The notes: generated by a model from the sequence alone, not told the origin. A stretch of DNA of 64,000 bases from Mantamonas sphyraenae STR306 (GCA_026936335.1 JAPMXV010000035.1:124001-188000), one strand, 5' to 3'; positions 13,727-27,339 are shown, counted from the stretch's first letter. Numbers and translations: made by a program.

Positions 13727-15503
13727 TCACATGACAACAACCAAAGTGGCAGCCAAAAGGGTGGCCAGCGTCCACGAGGCCACGCGGGCCATGGAAGCAG
13801 CGTCCGAGGTAGCCTTGGGGGTTGCAGTCGGGGTCGGGCTGGGTGAAGCTGAGGAAGAGGGCGTGGGTGTGGGCGTGGGCGTGGCACTGGGTTGGCCGTC
13901 GGTGTCCTCCTGTGCAGAAAGCACCTGGAAGCCAGCCAGCTCGGTCACCGACTCCACAGCAGCCACGTCTGCCTGCTGCTCGCCATCGGCGTTCTGCTCG
14001 TCCACCATGGCCACCTCCAGGATGATGGAACCCGAAGTCTTGCTGAGCACCAGAATGTTCTCCTCGGAGATGTTGGCACGCGCGGCGAGGGCACGGATGA
14101 CACGAGCCTCTGCGGTGCCGTTGAAGTCCTGCAGGCGACCAGCGAGACGCAGTCGCATGGTGCGTGCCAGGGGAGGACCCTGCACACGTCGCATGCGAGT
14201 CATGACACCGGTGCCCGGGCCATCCAGGTTGGTGGAGACATACGTGCGGTTGTCCGGCGACTGTTCGATCTTGATGTGGACCACCGTGCCCTGCATGTCC
14301 TTCCTGGTCGTGTAGCCGTAGCCCACCTTGATGGTGGTCTGGTTGACCCAGCGGTAGACGCCAAAGAAGGCGTTGACGTTGGTGCGGTTGCCTCCGTCCA
14401 GCTGGGACTTGCGGCACACCGAGTACGAACGGAACATGTCACCGTTGAAGGCAGTGGTCAACACACAGTCCTTGCTCTTGCCTGACCACACACCCTGCAG
14501 CCTGCGGTGCATCTGACGGTGCAGCGTCACGTTGAACGGGATCGGGTGTTGCTCACGCTCCACCTTGAGCATGTTCATGTTGCCCGACACGTTGGCAATC
14601 ACCGTCGTGCCCGGCATGGGCTTGTTGTCCGTCGTCTGCAGATACGTCACGCTTGCCTTGTTGCCCGGCAGCGTGCGGAACAGCGTAAAGTACGTCTTCA
14701 GACCACGAAGGGTCATCGATTCGTTCTTCGGCAGCGTGTGTGCAATGCTCAACGAATCGTCAATCAGGGACCATTCTTGCAGCGGTCCATTGGCCAATCG
14801 GTTCTCGCCCTTCCAGATGCCGTTGATCATCGGCGTCGGCGGCACGCGACGGAAGTGCGACACCGCCCTGTTCTCCACGTTCTCCAAACGCAATCCCATG
14901 TTGGTCACGTTGAACTTGAACAGGAACTTGTCGTGGAACACACCCTTGGGCAGCATCATCAGCTGCACACCCAGCAGGTCGCGGCGAAGGATGGAAAAGG
15001 TTCCCATGTACACACCACGGCTCCTTCCACACCCACCCAGGTTGAACAGGCCAAAGTTGCGCTCGTTGAAGTTCACCAGAGTGTAGCAACCGTTCTCCTC
15101 TGAACGCCACACTCCCTGTTGTCCCGCTTGCGTTTGTCAGTCGGCCGTTTCCAAGCCATGGGACAACCCAAAAAGGGGAAAAGCTTCGATTTCCGGACAA
15201 CCTTGGCCAAATCGGGAAAAACGTCAACACCGTTGGTCCGCCCATGCGCGTGCCACGGTCCCTCTAGGCACATTTGCATCAGTCACGCGCACTTACCTTG
15301 AGTCCACCATACACATTGTCGCGGTTAGGACGCGGCTGCGGTTGGCTGGGGCCCGAGTTGCTTCCGCCTCCTCCGGCTCCTGGAGTCGGGGTCGGAGGCG
15401 GCGGGTTGGGGTTGTTCCCGCCAGGACCCTGTTGCATGCTTGCACACACACACAGCAGCATGGTCATTGCCAAAATCGTCGATTTCTTGTTGAAGGACAA
15501 CAT
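13727..15503 (-). CDS. Secreted, probably GPI-anchored surface protein with three G-x-W beta-rich repeats
   Basis: Signal peptide, Pro/Gly linker, intron 15296-15116, repeats starting GVWRSE/GIWKGE/GVWSGK, Ser/Thr/Pro stalk, hydrophobic C-terminus. Confidence 0.75.
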
Positions 15504-15586
15504 TGTGTTTTCCGTGATTTTCGAGGTTGGCGACGGCGGCGCAAAGCAATCTCAACACCCAAAAGCGCCCCACCTGCCACACGCAA

Positions 15587-18500
15587 ATGTCGTCGCTCTT
15601 CTCTCGATTGAAGAAGAACTCGTCAAACAAAAAGGCAGAGAAGGATGGCAGCAAGGAGAGTTCGGGACGGAGTGCGTCGCCGAAGCATCAGCTTCGAAGT
15701 GGGAGTCCCGGTCAGACCCGAGAGACGGGTGGCGCTTCTTCCCCCAAATCGAGTGGCAGTGGTCGCTCTGCCAGTCCCTCCCTTCGCTCCCGTGCCGGCA
15801 CTCTGCTGTCGGGCAGCGGAAGGCGGCTGCGTTCAGCCACCACCACGGGTCCCGCTCACATGACCGCCCCTGCGAGTGAAGTCAACTCGGAGGAAGAAAG
15901 TGAGTGTCTCCCGGCGAAATGCTGATTGGCCATTGTTGCCCTTTTTCGTGCCTCTGTGTCTCCTTCTGCAGCCGTACACACGCACGCTTTCTTGGCCTTT
16001 GATCTGGAGGCAGAGGGAAACAAGCACTGACCTTCCCTTTTGCTCCCTCCTACTCACACACAACGACCATTCACACACACAACACACACACCCCACGCAT
16101 CGTAGTGGCTGTTGAGGATGCCCTGCGAGACTACGACGAACCTGTGCAGTATGCGGGCTGGGCGTCGGTGAAGGAGGGGGTGGGCAGCAACAAACGCCTG
16201 TTGGGCGTGGGACACTTTCGCCTGCAAGTGCTCAAGGAGAACAGCCTCGTACGCGGCTCCTTCACCGTCCACAAGACCTTCCACCTGGTGTCCATGAAAC
16301 GTATTGTGTGCACCGACGACGACGTGATTTCCCTCCACTTTCCCGCGTACGTGATGCACGTGGCCAGCCAAGACGCTCCCACCCTCCTCTCGGCCCTCGC
16401 CCTGGCCTCTGCACGCATCACCCTGGATTGGCCTCCTGCCAAGCGCTGCGAATTCGACGTCACTGCCAATCCCAAGCTGGGAGGCGCCCTGGAGCGTGCA
16501 CAGACCCTTCGCTCGAAACACCCGGCCCAGCAATTCCTGATTGAGTACACCGCACAGGCCATGCGCGCCTGCGACACACTGGATCACATCCGAGAGTTTC
16601 TCGCCCACTTTAACGCACGCATGTACCACTTTGGCAACGAGGATGACCCCAGCGCAGCCGGCGATGCAGGCGACCTGTTGGAACGCAACGAACCGGCAGG
16701 CAGTGTAGACGCCCCGTCCGTGTACCACGCCTTTCGCGAGCGCCACCTGGACCTCTCCGAGTATCCGTCCATCACGACAGACCTTGGTGAGGAGTACGCA
16801 CTCAAGCTGTCCCCTGTGGTGTTGGCATTGCGACACAACAGCTGGTTTGAAGAGATCACCGTGGCGGACATCCCACGTGCAGACATCCTACAGGAGGTTT
16901 GTGTAGCTTTGGCTGTCAACACGTCCGTTCACACACTGAACGTGTCCAACACGGAGGTGGTGCACGGGTTTGGCGCGTGGGACGTGCGTTGGTGAGCAAC
17001 AAGCACAGTGCCCTCGCCCAGCTCGATCTGAGCTACAACACCCTCAAGGACAAAGGACTGGGCAATCTCTGCCAGGGCTTGGCCAACCTCAAACTCCGAT
17101 CCCTGGACATTTCCTACTGCAAAGTGACCCCAAAGGGGTTTGACACTCTGTTTCGCACCTTTGCCCAGAACGAGCATCTGTCTCGCTCCCTCAACGCACT
17201 CAACTTGTCGCACAACAGACTCACCTTTGATGGCTCCAAAGCCATGGCCACGTGGTTGGAAAGCGTCAAGGACGTGCCTCTGGTCACCCTGCTGCTGGCA
17301 AACACGTCCGTCAAGTTTGAGGAAATCGGCCCTCCCATGTGTACCGCCTTTCCCAAACTGGCCATCTTGGACCTGTCACGCAACCACATCAAGCAGAACG
17401 CAGCCAGTGCCCTGGCCGCCCTTGCCTCCACGACCCCGAGTCTCACCGACTTGGATTTGAGCGAGTGCGACGTGGACGCTCGCTTCGTGGCCACCATCCT
17501 ACTGCCCATGGTTTCCGAAGAGGGCCGGGAAGCAACCATGTTCTGCGCCGATGGCGTAAACTTTGGCGAGGACGTGGGCGAGTCGTTGGAGCCCGTGTTG
17601 TCCCTGAACCTGAACCTGCACACCCTGGACATCACAGGGGCCATGGTAGGAGGCGACACTCTGGTGGCCCTGCTCAAGAGTCTGGCCAAGGCACCCAACA
17701 AATCGCATGAGCTCCGTTCCCTCTCGCTGGGATGCAACGTGTCCGCAAAGACCAGCGACTTTAAGAAGGACGACGTGTGCTCGCTCATGGCCGCCTTTGT
17801 GGCCAAACGCAAACTCGAACACTTTTCATGCACGGGCAGTGACAAATGGCATCTGGGCCCGTCGATGTCCCTGTTTGTGAAGAAAATGGCCGAACACAAA
17901 ACGCTGGAGATGCTGGATGTCACAGGCAATCGCATGGGCGACGAGGGCGCCAAGGCCATGGCCATCTGCGTGCGGTTGAACAAGTCGATCACCTCGCTGG
18001 CGTGGGACGAGAACGAAATCAGCGTGCAGGGCTTCTCTCGCTTTGGCAAAGCGCTGGCATCCAACTTTCAGATCCGCGAAATGACGGAGCAGGAGGCCGA
18101 TTTTGCACGCATCCTCAAGATCGGAGGTGACTTTTCCATTGACAACCCGCACATGATTGCTCGCAACATCGCCAAGTGTCTGGCAAGCAACACAGAAGTG
18201 TACGAAAACGGACAGAACTTTGTCGATTTCGACGGGGCCGACGTCGATGTGGCCAAGGTACAAGAGCAACAGGATGCCATGGCCGAGTCGTTCAAGCAGT
18301 TGCTCGGGGATGACACCAACGACGACAGCGAGAGCGATGTGCAGGATGAGATGGGTGACGACGGGGAGGATGGGGAAGAGAATGGGGAAACAGGCAGGGG
18401 TGGTGATGGGGCTGGTGGTGGTGGTGGCGGCGGCGGCGGGATGCGCGAGAGTGTGGTGCGTAGGAAGGACGCAGAGGAAGACTGGGCCATGCTGGATTCG

Positions 18501-20524
18501 CTGCTGAACGAATCGTCGAGGATGAGCATGCGGTTTGACATGTCCGCCATGGACGAAGAAGCCATTGCACAGATGAACAACGAGTTTCTGAGCAAGAAGA
18601 GTGTGGCAGCACAGGGTTTTGGAGGCGGTGTGATGGCAGAGCTGCGCAACAAGCAGCAGGAAGAACAGCAAGGAGGCAGCAGCAAAGCACAGGGCAAACA
18701 GCAACAGCAGCCAGCAGTAACGGAAACAGAGGAGGCACAGACACCGCAAGATGATGAAAACCAGCAGAACGAGGAGGAACAGATGCTGGCGGCCACACGA
18801 CTGGCACACAAATCGCTGAACAAGCGCCAGAGCCGCATGAGTCTGAAACCGGGCCAGACGCTGGATTGGAAGAGTGGAGGCATGTCGATGGCCATGAGCG
18901 CGGGTATGGGCAGTGCATTGGCTGCTGCCGGGGGTGGGTCATCCTTGTCCACTGCAGCTGGAGCATCCTCGTCGTCATCATCGTTGTCGACTTCATCGTC
19001 TTCATCGTCATCGTCGGGGTCCAGTGAACCTGAACACAAACGACGCAACTCACACAGGTCGAGTGTGTACAGCATGGCAGCCATTCCATCGATTGGCGAC
19101 AACGAGGCAGCGTTTGAACAGGCGGGTGATGTGGACGACGACGACGTGGCTCTTGACTTTGATGCCCTGGACGATCTGCTCGGGGCAGCATTGGGAGCAG
19201 ACGACAGTGCAGGCGACGACGCAGGCTCAGTGGCCAGCAGTTCGGCGGACAACGATACAGACACAGGTTCAGATGCAGGAGCAAGTGGAGTGCCACGTCA
19301 CATGGAGCCAGAGACACGCTTGAAGCGTCTGGATTCACTGGATGCGATTCTGATGGCACCGTCGCTGCGAAACAACAGCCGCAGGAGGAACAACCGTCGA
19401 TACCGCCTCGCAAGTCGCCAGCCACAGTACAGGTGGCTAGCACAGAGGATGAAGAGGAGGAGGAGGAGGAGGAGGAACCGCCTGCGCCACCGCCGCGACG
19501 GAACAAGCCGGGGCATCTGGTGCAGCAGGTGCAACAGCAGAGTACAGTGCCGACACAGGAGGAGGGCAGCGTTGGTGGAAGCAGCAATAGCAGCAACCGA
19601 AGCAGCACGAGCTCCACCAAGCAGGAGGGACTGAATGAGCTGGACAGGCTGCTGATGGAAAGTGGGATCGCAGCCACAGGCGCAAACAACAGCAACAACA
19701 ACAACAACAACAGTAGCAGCAGCAGCAGCAGCACAAGCCAGGTGCAGGTGAACATTGTCGAGGAGAAGGAAGTTGTCCCGTTGCCGCCGGACAGCTTTGG
19801 GGTGCAACCGCTGCTTGAATACTACCTGGAAAAGATGAAACAGAGCAAGACGCATGCAGAGGGCATTGCGCAGAACCTGGCTGCAAACTGGATTGAGACG
19901 TTTGGCCACCTCAAATTGGTGCCGGTGCCGTTTTGGGAGCAGGGGTTGGGCATTCCTGGAGTGTTGGTGACGCAGATGGAGGAGTTGACCAGCCAGCTCA
20001 CGGGCGATGTCATCAAGGATCCCCTTGCGGACACGGTGAGTCTGGCGCTGGCGCACAACTCGTATGCCATCACCAAACTCATGATGCTCATTGCACGCGA
20101 CGGAGGCCGCTCTCCCGAAGATGCCCTGCCGTATGTGCAACTGCTTTCCCGGCACTGGATCACCGAAGCCAGTCACCTGGCCATGGTGCCCTCTGCCGCC
20201 TGGTATCGCATGCAACTGCCCACCTTGCTTCTCTTGCGCCTGCGAGCCCTCGTGCCCTTCAACGACCCCAACGGGCAGAGCGGTGGAGGTGGCGGCGGCA
20301 AGCGACTGCCGGACGAGTTTCCGGTGGCCAACCTCGTGGTCTTTGTGGCCTCCAAGCTGGGTCGCAACCAACAAGACGCCGCTCCGTATGTGCAGGGACT
20401 GGCCAACAGGGGCCTGGATACTGTGGGAACCCTGCGTGCCCTCGCCGACGACGTGTTTGCCTCTCTCGACATACCTCTTCTGCTGCGCGTAGAAGTCAAG
20501 CGTCTGATCGACCTGGTGGAGTGA
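15587..20524 (+). CDS. CARMIL-like protein (PH-like domain, RNI-type LRRs, Pro-rich tail, three SAM-like repeats)
   Basis: Exon 1 15587-15899, intron to 16105; LALRHNSWF motif followed by LRRs (LDLSYN, LDISYC, LNLSHN); frameshifts at ~16977 and ~19352 join ORFs 16105-16995, 16899-19634 and 19433-20524. Confidence 0.75.
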
Positions 20525-20580
20525 CAAAATGAAGAAGCGCACACTTTTGACAAGATTGCGTCGCAGGTTTGATTGCGTCG

Positions 20581-23500
20581 TCACACCTTGCCTCCTCCTT
20601 GCAGAGTCTCTGTCTCTGTGTTGTCCGCAGCACGATCGCTGCCATTCTCGCTGCCACTCTCCTCGTCCTTCGTCGCTGCAGGTTTGGGTGCCGATTTGAG
20701 CGAAGAGGCTGACGAAGACGATTTGCGAGAGCGGAAGGATGCGTACTGCTCGTCCAGGCTGTCGATGCGATCAAGCTTGGCATCGTCCTTCTCCTCCAGA
20801 GCCTTGCGGACCACCATCCAGTTGTCGCTCATCTGCCGCTGGGCCAACCAAAAGTCCAGGTGCATGAGAAGGGCAAAGATGGCGCTCTCGCCAGCGAGAA
20901 TGCTAAAGTTGAGCCTATAGACAGAGGCCGGCTGGCGCGCTTGACCGGCGGGTGGTTTGAATGCCGTCATGAGCAGACCCAGGGAGGTGACAAACATGAG
21001 GACAAAGAGTAGAATTGCCAGTTTGCGCACCTGTCCGATGCCATACACCAAGTTGCGGTTGCGCACCATGCGACGCAAGTCTGCGCCCGGGTAGTACAGC
21101 ACATTGGCCTGAGCAATGGTAAACACGAGTCCTGCAATCATAAGCGACTTGCTGGTGGACGATTGGTTGGACTCCGAGTCGGCGTCGGTGCGTGTGGCCC
21201 CTGCCAACGACAGCAACACCACGCTGCCCACAGCGAACAGTGTGCCAAAGATCAACGACACCACAGGCATGCGAGGCTGCCAGGCTGCAATCCTACACCG
21301 CTGTGGCTCGTCTTCGTAATCCTTGGTGCGACGGAACACGGCGCACGAGTTGCATCCGCAGCACGAGCCCAAGGTTTACCAAGCGGCCCTCCTTGGGCGC
21401 AGGCTCCATGGCACGCGGATCCAAACCCGATTCCACCTTGAGTTGCATGCTACGGTAATCCTTGATGCTGACCACAATGCACGCAGCGATGCCGGCAAAG
21501 AAAAACACCAAAAAGGCGGTGCCCGATGATAGCGCCTCGGCCACACGTGCATCCTGCTGCGCATTGCGAATGGTGATGCCCTGGGTGCACAGGTTGACGA
21601 TGCAGAAGCCCAGAAAGATGTCCAGGAGGGTATGACGCCTGCGTGCAAAGGGGCGGGTGATGGCGTGGGCAAACACACTGGTGATGAAGACGATGATGAT
21701 GGCCACCGCACTCTGAATCGGCTGCGTGGTCCAAATCAAGGAAATGGCACCCACCAGACACTTGCGCAGCATGAGACACAGCTCCCACCACACAAACATG
21801 GGCTTGTACCGATCGAAAATGAAGCCCACGCGGGCCACAAAGGTCTCGTCGAGAAAGAGAAACTCGCGGCGCAGCTCCAGGGGCACGCCGGAGCGCCGAC
21901 GCACGAGGTAGATGACATACACAATGACGGAAAGGGTGCACATGAGGTAGAAGAGGCCAAAGATGACACCAGGGATGTAGGCAGCCCATTCGGGGCTTGT
22001 GAAACAGATGGTGGACGGGTAGGCATCCATGGTGGCACCGGCCTCGTGGAAGGTGCAATCAAAGACAGTGACCACTTTGATGAAGATGGGCAGAAAGGCA
22101 ACCATGAGGAGTTGCATCATCGCCTTGACCATGGTGGAACGTACGGCGGCAAAGTCGATGCGATCGGCGTCGTCGGGACGCAGGCGTTGCACGAGCTTGA
22201 GGACACCAAAGACAAACACGCAGGCAAGCATGAGGACACCGGGCATGGCAAGGAAGAAGTAATACTTGTCGATGAAGCGCACGTCGCGCCAGGTGCACTC
22301 GGGGGCGGCGGCATCGATGTTCAGGTTGACAAAGGACATGAAATTGAGGACGGAACGGACGTTGGGCGGATAATCAATCTGCAGGCTGATGACCTGACCC
22401 GCCAGTTGGATGTAGTCGACCATCTGCATCATGGCTGGCTGTACGGCCTTGATGCGAGGGTTGGTTGCCTTGCGGGCAAACACAAAGAGGAGCACCACCA
22501 TGACAAGGAAGGCCAGCAAGTATAGGTACGAGGTGATTTCCGGGGGACAGGCCTGGCAGGAGCCGCCGAGGAAGTAGAAGCCATCTACGCAGTTGAGGCA
22601 ATCGGTGCCGGAGGAGCCGGTGGGGCATGAGACACGCAGCAGGGTGTGGATGCGTGACGCAGGCGTCAGAGCATACACAGCGGTGATGAAAAAGTCGCTG
22701 CCATCAAACACGACGGCGTCGGTGGAGAAGTAATCGAGACGTGTGTTGAGATCGCCCGAGTCGCGACCCCACAGGTAGGCCAGGGTGGTTTTGTTGAAGG
22801 CCACGAGAGCACTGTTGAGGGTGCGAAAGACAACGGAAGAGGAGGTGAGCACAGGGTACAACTCTCGCACGTGGTACACAATGTTGCTGCTGATGTCCTC
22901 CTCGGTGCGGTTGGTGCCATACGTGTACTGACGATTGTTGGTGCGGCCCAGGAGTGTTCCATCGGAGCCACGGAACGCAAACAGTTGCACAAAGTCGGTG
23001 CGACTGCTGCCCAACACAAGCACAGAGTCGTCGGTGCCATTCCATCCCGGGGGACCGACCGCGGGCCGGTGATGCGGGTAGAATCCGGCATCCAGGGTGG
23101 TTTGCCACAATTGCCTGCCGTCCTGCAGACTGTACGCACGCACAAACCGGCTTGCGGCACAGGAGAGGTACACAGAGAGGTGGTTGTGGGACACTTCAAA
23201 GCCACACGAGTCCATGCGTGCGGTGACGTTGAACTCCCACACCCTGTGGATGGAGTGGGGCACACGGATGCGTGCAGTGGGGGAAGCGGGCACCAGTGAC
23301 TCGTTGCGCACGGCTGTGTGGAGGGAAGACACGTTGAACACCATCACAGAACCATACGAGGGCTGGTTGTTACTGTTGCTGACCAGGGTGAATCGTCCCT
23401 CGGGTGATCCATCCTCCGCTTGCAGCAACAGCAACCCATGTTGTGTGTGCACCGCACGACGCGATCGGTCGTTGGGCACGGGATTGATCCACTGTCCATT

Positions 23501-24559
23501 GGGACCAGGTCGTTGCTGGGAGGCGTAAAAGGTGGAGCTGGGACGCACGGCCCAGCTGCGATCGCTGGGGTCGTACACGACACTGTAAATCCACATGTCG
23601 TACGAAATCAGTGCAAAGATGCCATGTTTGCGTCCGTCCGACAGGGTGTGTTGTGCGAGCAGCACCGAGTCAACAAAGCCCCAGCGGCTATTTGTGTTGT
23701 CCGGGTTCGTGGCCGCCACAGACAATTCCACCTTGCCTGTGGCCATGGACAACACCTCCACGAAACCGTATCGGCACACGAGGATGTGCTTGGTGCCCGT
23801 AAGTGGCTCCAAGGGCGTGTAGTAATAGTAAGGTGAGGGGTCACGTTCGCCTTCAGCAAACACAGGGAAGCCGTAGGTCCACTTGACCGCCCCCGAGGTC
23901 AGATTGAAGCCCATCAATCCACGTGAGTACGTATTGCCATTCTCGTTGTTGTTGTTGTTGGTACGGTAGTCCCTCGGGGTGGTGCCGACACGCCGCAACA
24001 CTTGTGCGCCCACCACCCCCACGTCCAGGGCTCGGTCTGCCAACAGCGACGGCGTGTGGAACTCGTGCAGTTCGTCGTTGGCGTCCAGGTTCAGTGTCTT
24101 GCGCAACTGTGTGAACAAATCGCCCCCTGCGGGTGTGGGTGGGGTGGGTGTGTGCCGGTTGAGTGGGGTGGGTGGAGGGTGGGGGGGGTTGGGATGTCAG
24201 TGAGCCCACCGCGCCTCAAGCGAACAAACCCGTTTAGATTCATGCACGGTGGTGCATGCGTGCAGAGAGTGCCACACACACACACTATGGATGATGGGGA
24301 TGTGTGTGGCGGTGTGTGTGCTGGAGGTGCGTGGTCTGAAATGGGTGCGGGTGTGTCGGGGGCAGGAGGCGGAAAACGCAGCAAGAAACGCACCTGGCGT
24401 TCTCACATCGGCGGCGCCTGCAATGTACGCCAGGCCTTGGAGACCATAGCGAGACGGAGAGGCCGACGGAAAGAAGATTTCGTCGGTTTGGCCGAGTGCA
24501 GGCACGACACTCATCATCGCCAACAGCAGTGCCATCAGCGCCACTGGGAACCTCGTCAT
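20581..24559 (-). CDS. Large membrane protein: signal peptide, PQQ-like beta-propeller, Cys-rich repeat, multi-TM region
   Basis: Signal MTRFPVALMALLLAMM; intron 24393-24127 in frame; propeller motifs (FNLTSGAVKWTY, YSLQDGRQLWQTTL); CVDGFYFLGGSCQACP; TM block with YKPMFVWWELCLMLRK; frameshift at ~21373 adds ORF 20581-21372. Confidence 0.75.
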
Positions 24560-24586
24560 CGCCGCCAAGAGAAAAGTTGTGTTGGC

Positions 24587-25195
24587 ATGGTGAGTGCACC
24601 ATGCATGAAGGGGATATGTGTGAAGAGGGGAAAGAGCGTGTGGATTGGGGGGCAGGGGAATAGGTGGTTGGTGGTGTGGACACCCTGGTGGTGCGGGAGA
24701 GAGAGGGAAGGAAAAAGGGGGCCGGTTCGCTTGGGGGGAGGAATCGATCCAAGCAAGTTTCCGCACGCAAACAACACTGCACACAACACTGACACGGAAG
24801 GTGACACGTGCATGCGAAAGGCTGTGCAATTCCTGTTGTTGATTTCCCGTCAGGGAAAGACACGGCTGTCAAAGTGGTACATCACAGAGACAAACAAGGC
24901 CAAAGCGAAGATCGTCCGCGAGGTGACCAACACGGTGTTGAGCCGCCCGCAGAAGCTGTGCAACTTTGTCGACTACAAGGGCCAGAAGCTCATCTACAAG
25001 AGGTGCGTTGACATGCGTTGGAGACATTGTGAACGGCTGTGGATGTTTGTGTGCGACCGCAGGGCCTCCGGGAGGGCTTCGTTTTTCCCCGAGGGAGAGC
25101 AGCTGGGCCCAAAGGACAGCCCCGATTTGCAACACTGGCTGACACCACTCTCTGATCCCTTGCACACCTGCTCTCACGTGTGTCCCGTTGCTGTG

Positions 25196-25226
<31 letters not shown>

Positions 25227-25501
25227 ATGCGAGTTTGTACTTTGTGACGTGTGTGGACAAGGACGACAACGAGCTGTTGACGTTGGAAATCATCCACCAT
25301 TTCGTGGAGGTGCTGGACCGCTACTTTGGCAACGTGTGTGAACTCGACCTCATCTTCAACTTCCACCGCGCCTACTTTATCCTGGACGAGATGCTGATTG
25401 CCGGCGAGTTGCAAGAGAGCTCCAAAAAGAGCATCCTGCGGATGATTGCCGCCCAGGACGCGTTGCAGGAGAATCCCAACGAGGAGAAGATTGAAATCTA
25501 A
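24587..25501 (+). CDS. AP1S: AP-1 adaptor complex small (sigma) subunit
   Basis: FLLLISRQGKTRLSKWY, IYKRYASLYF, YFGNVCELDLIFNF; probable ATG-only first exon (24587-24589, then GTGAGT) spliced to 24821; second intron 25003-25224. Confidence 0.93.
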
Positions 25502-25548
25502 TGATGATTGGACACATGAAACCCCCCCCCGCGCATTTGTACACTGCT

Positions 25549-26123
25549 TCATTCCTTGGACTTGATCAATGCATCCAGCTCCTCGTTCAGGCGTTTGGCG
25601 ACGTATTCCTGCAGCAGCGGGGGATCAGCCGGCACGCTGCACGACACATACACTGGACACTCGTACTTTGTGGCTGAGAGAACCGTGTGTGATGGATGAT
25701 GGGTGGGTAAATGGGATGTCCCCGTGGGGATGTGTTGGTGGTGGTGGTGTGAGTGAGTGAAACGAGGCACGAGGGAGGACGGGGGGGTGGGGAGAAGGGC
25801 GACGGGGGGAAGGTCCCTTTGCCCTCGCACGACATACACAGATGACGAGACAGAGTGTCCGACGGGGTGTCGTCGTTGGAGGCGGCCATGAGCTTGGTGG
25901 AGACGACTGTGTTGTCGACAGAGTTGATGAGAGAGAGGGAAAGCTCGGAAAAGGCAAGATCGGAGGAGGAAACCCAGACGAGGAAGCTGTCCTTAAGGAC
26001 AACGATTTGGTAGAAGAGAGGCACATCCATGCACTGGTCGTTGTACGTGTGCATTGCATACTGTGGCTCTTCAAACTCGGGCAGGGACTCCTGGGTCAGC
26101 CCCGTGGAGGTGGAAGAAGTCAT
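25549..26123 (-). CDS. PSMG4: Proteasome assembly chaperone 4-like
   Basis: FYQIVVLKDSFLVWV...LSLSL...VSTKL...SDTLSRHL, then KYECPVYVSCS pattern; one intron (~25837-25675). Confidence 0.8.
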
Positions 26124-26177
26124 CCTGCGCTGCCTCCACCACCGCACAACATCCCCCCATTCACAGACACGACAAGC

Positions 26178-26845
26178 ATGAAGCGAGGGAGTGTGGCTGT
26201 GCATGCGCTGCTGCTGTTGGCACTGTGTCTTTTGTGCTTGCTGCCGAGTGGCCAGGGCGATGCTGAGGACCAGCTGGACGACCTTGTGAACGAGATTGGC
26301 GAGTTGGCACGCACCATCTGCTACAAGGTGGCCACTACAGCCAAGCGCAAGGAGATGTGCATCGACGTCGACAACATTGTGGAAACCGTGTTTGGTAAGG
26401 GCAAGCGCAGACAGAGTGTGAAGCTGGTGGGGGGAGAGGCGGGCGGAAACACACCTGACACACACACACACACACCTCGCTTCTACAGACCACGACCACG
26501 ACCGCATGCTGCCGTTCCTTTCGACATCACAGGGCGAGTTCTGGGAGACAGCACAGACTGAGCCGTACAGGTCGCATCTGGTAAGTGTGGGGGGTAAGGA
26601 GGAGGTGTGAGGGTGGGGAGGGGTGTGCTGACGTCAACGTTGCACCGCATGGCACACACGCCACAGCACCAAATGCTGGCAGAGGCATCCAAGATGCTGT
26701 TCCACACAAAGAACTCGACACGAGTGGATAAGTATCTGCGCAAGGAGTTCTTCCAGTGGCTTCTGGAGACGGCGCTGAAGAAACCCGGCTGGGGCAAAGA
26801 TCCGAAGAAGCAGAAACGTAGGTGGATTCCCACTCCAGAGAGACA

Positions 26846-26884
<39 letters not shown>

Positions 26885-27217
26885 GACGCACACACTGACA
26901 CGAGGTTGTCCTGCACGCATACATGCGCAGAGGGAGGAATGCCCGGGATGCCGCCTGGGATGCCAGGAGGCATGGGTGGAGGCATCCCCAACCTGCCCAA
27001 GAACTTCAACACGAAGAATCTGCCGGACAACATCCGGGCAGCAGTGGAAGCCAAGATGGCACAGGCCAAAGCGGCGGAGAATTCGCTGTACAAGTACGAT
27101 CCAACCACATACGTGCCTGCGGACGAGATCAACGAAGACGACACCACCCAGGCAGCAGCAAACAAGGACAGCGATGCAGATAGCGACGACGAGGATCGAA
27201 GCAAGACGGAACTGTGA
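26178..27217 (+). CDS. Putative ER-lumenal protein (signal peptide, GMP-rich segment, C-terminal KTEL)
   Basis: Signal peptide; multi-exon; ends ...DEDRSKTEL-stop. Confidence 0.7.
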
Positions 27218-27339
27218 TTGATGAGATGGCATGGACTTTTTGGAATGAGGGAAGGGAAAAGGGGGGGGAAGGGGAGGTTTTTGACAATGGAAACGCGACG
27301 CAACACAACGCAACTCCCCCCACCGGCTCCTCTTGCGGC

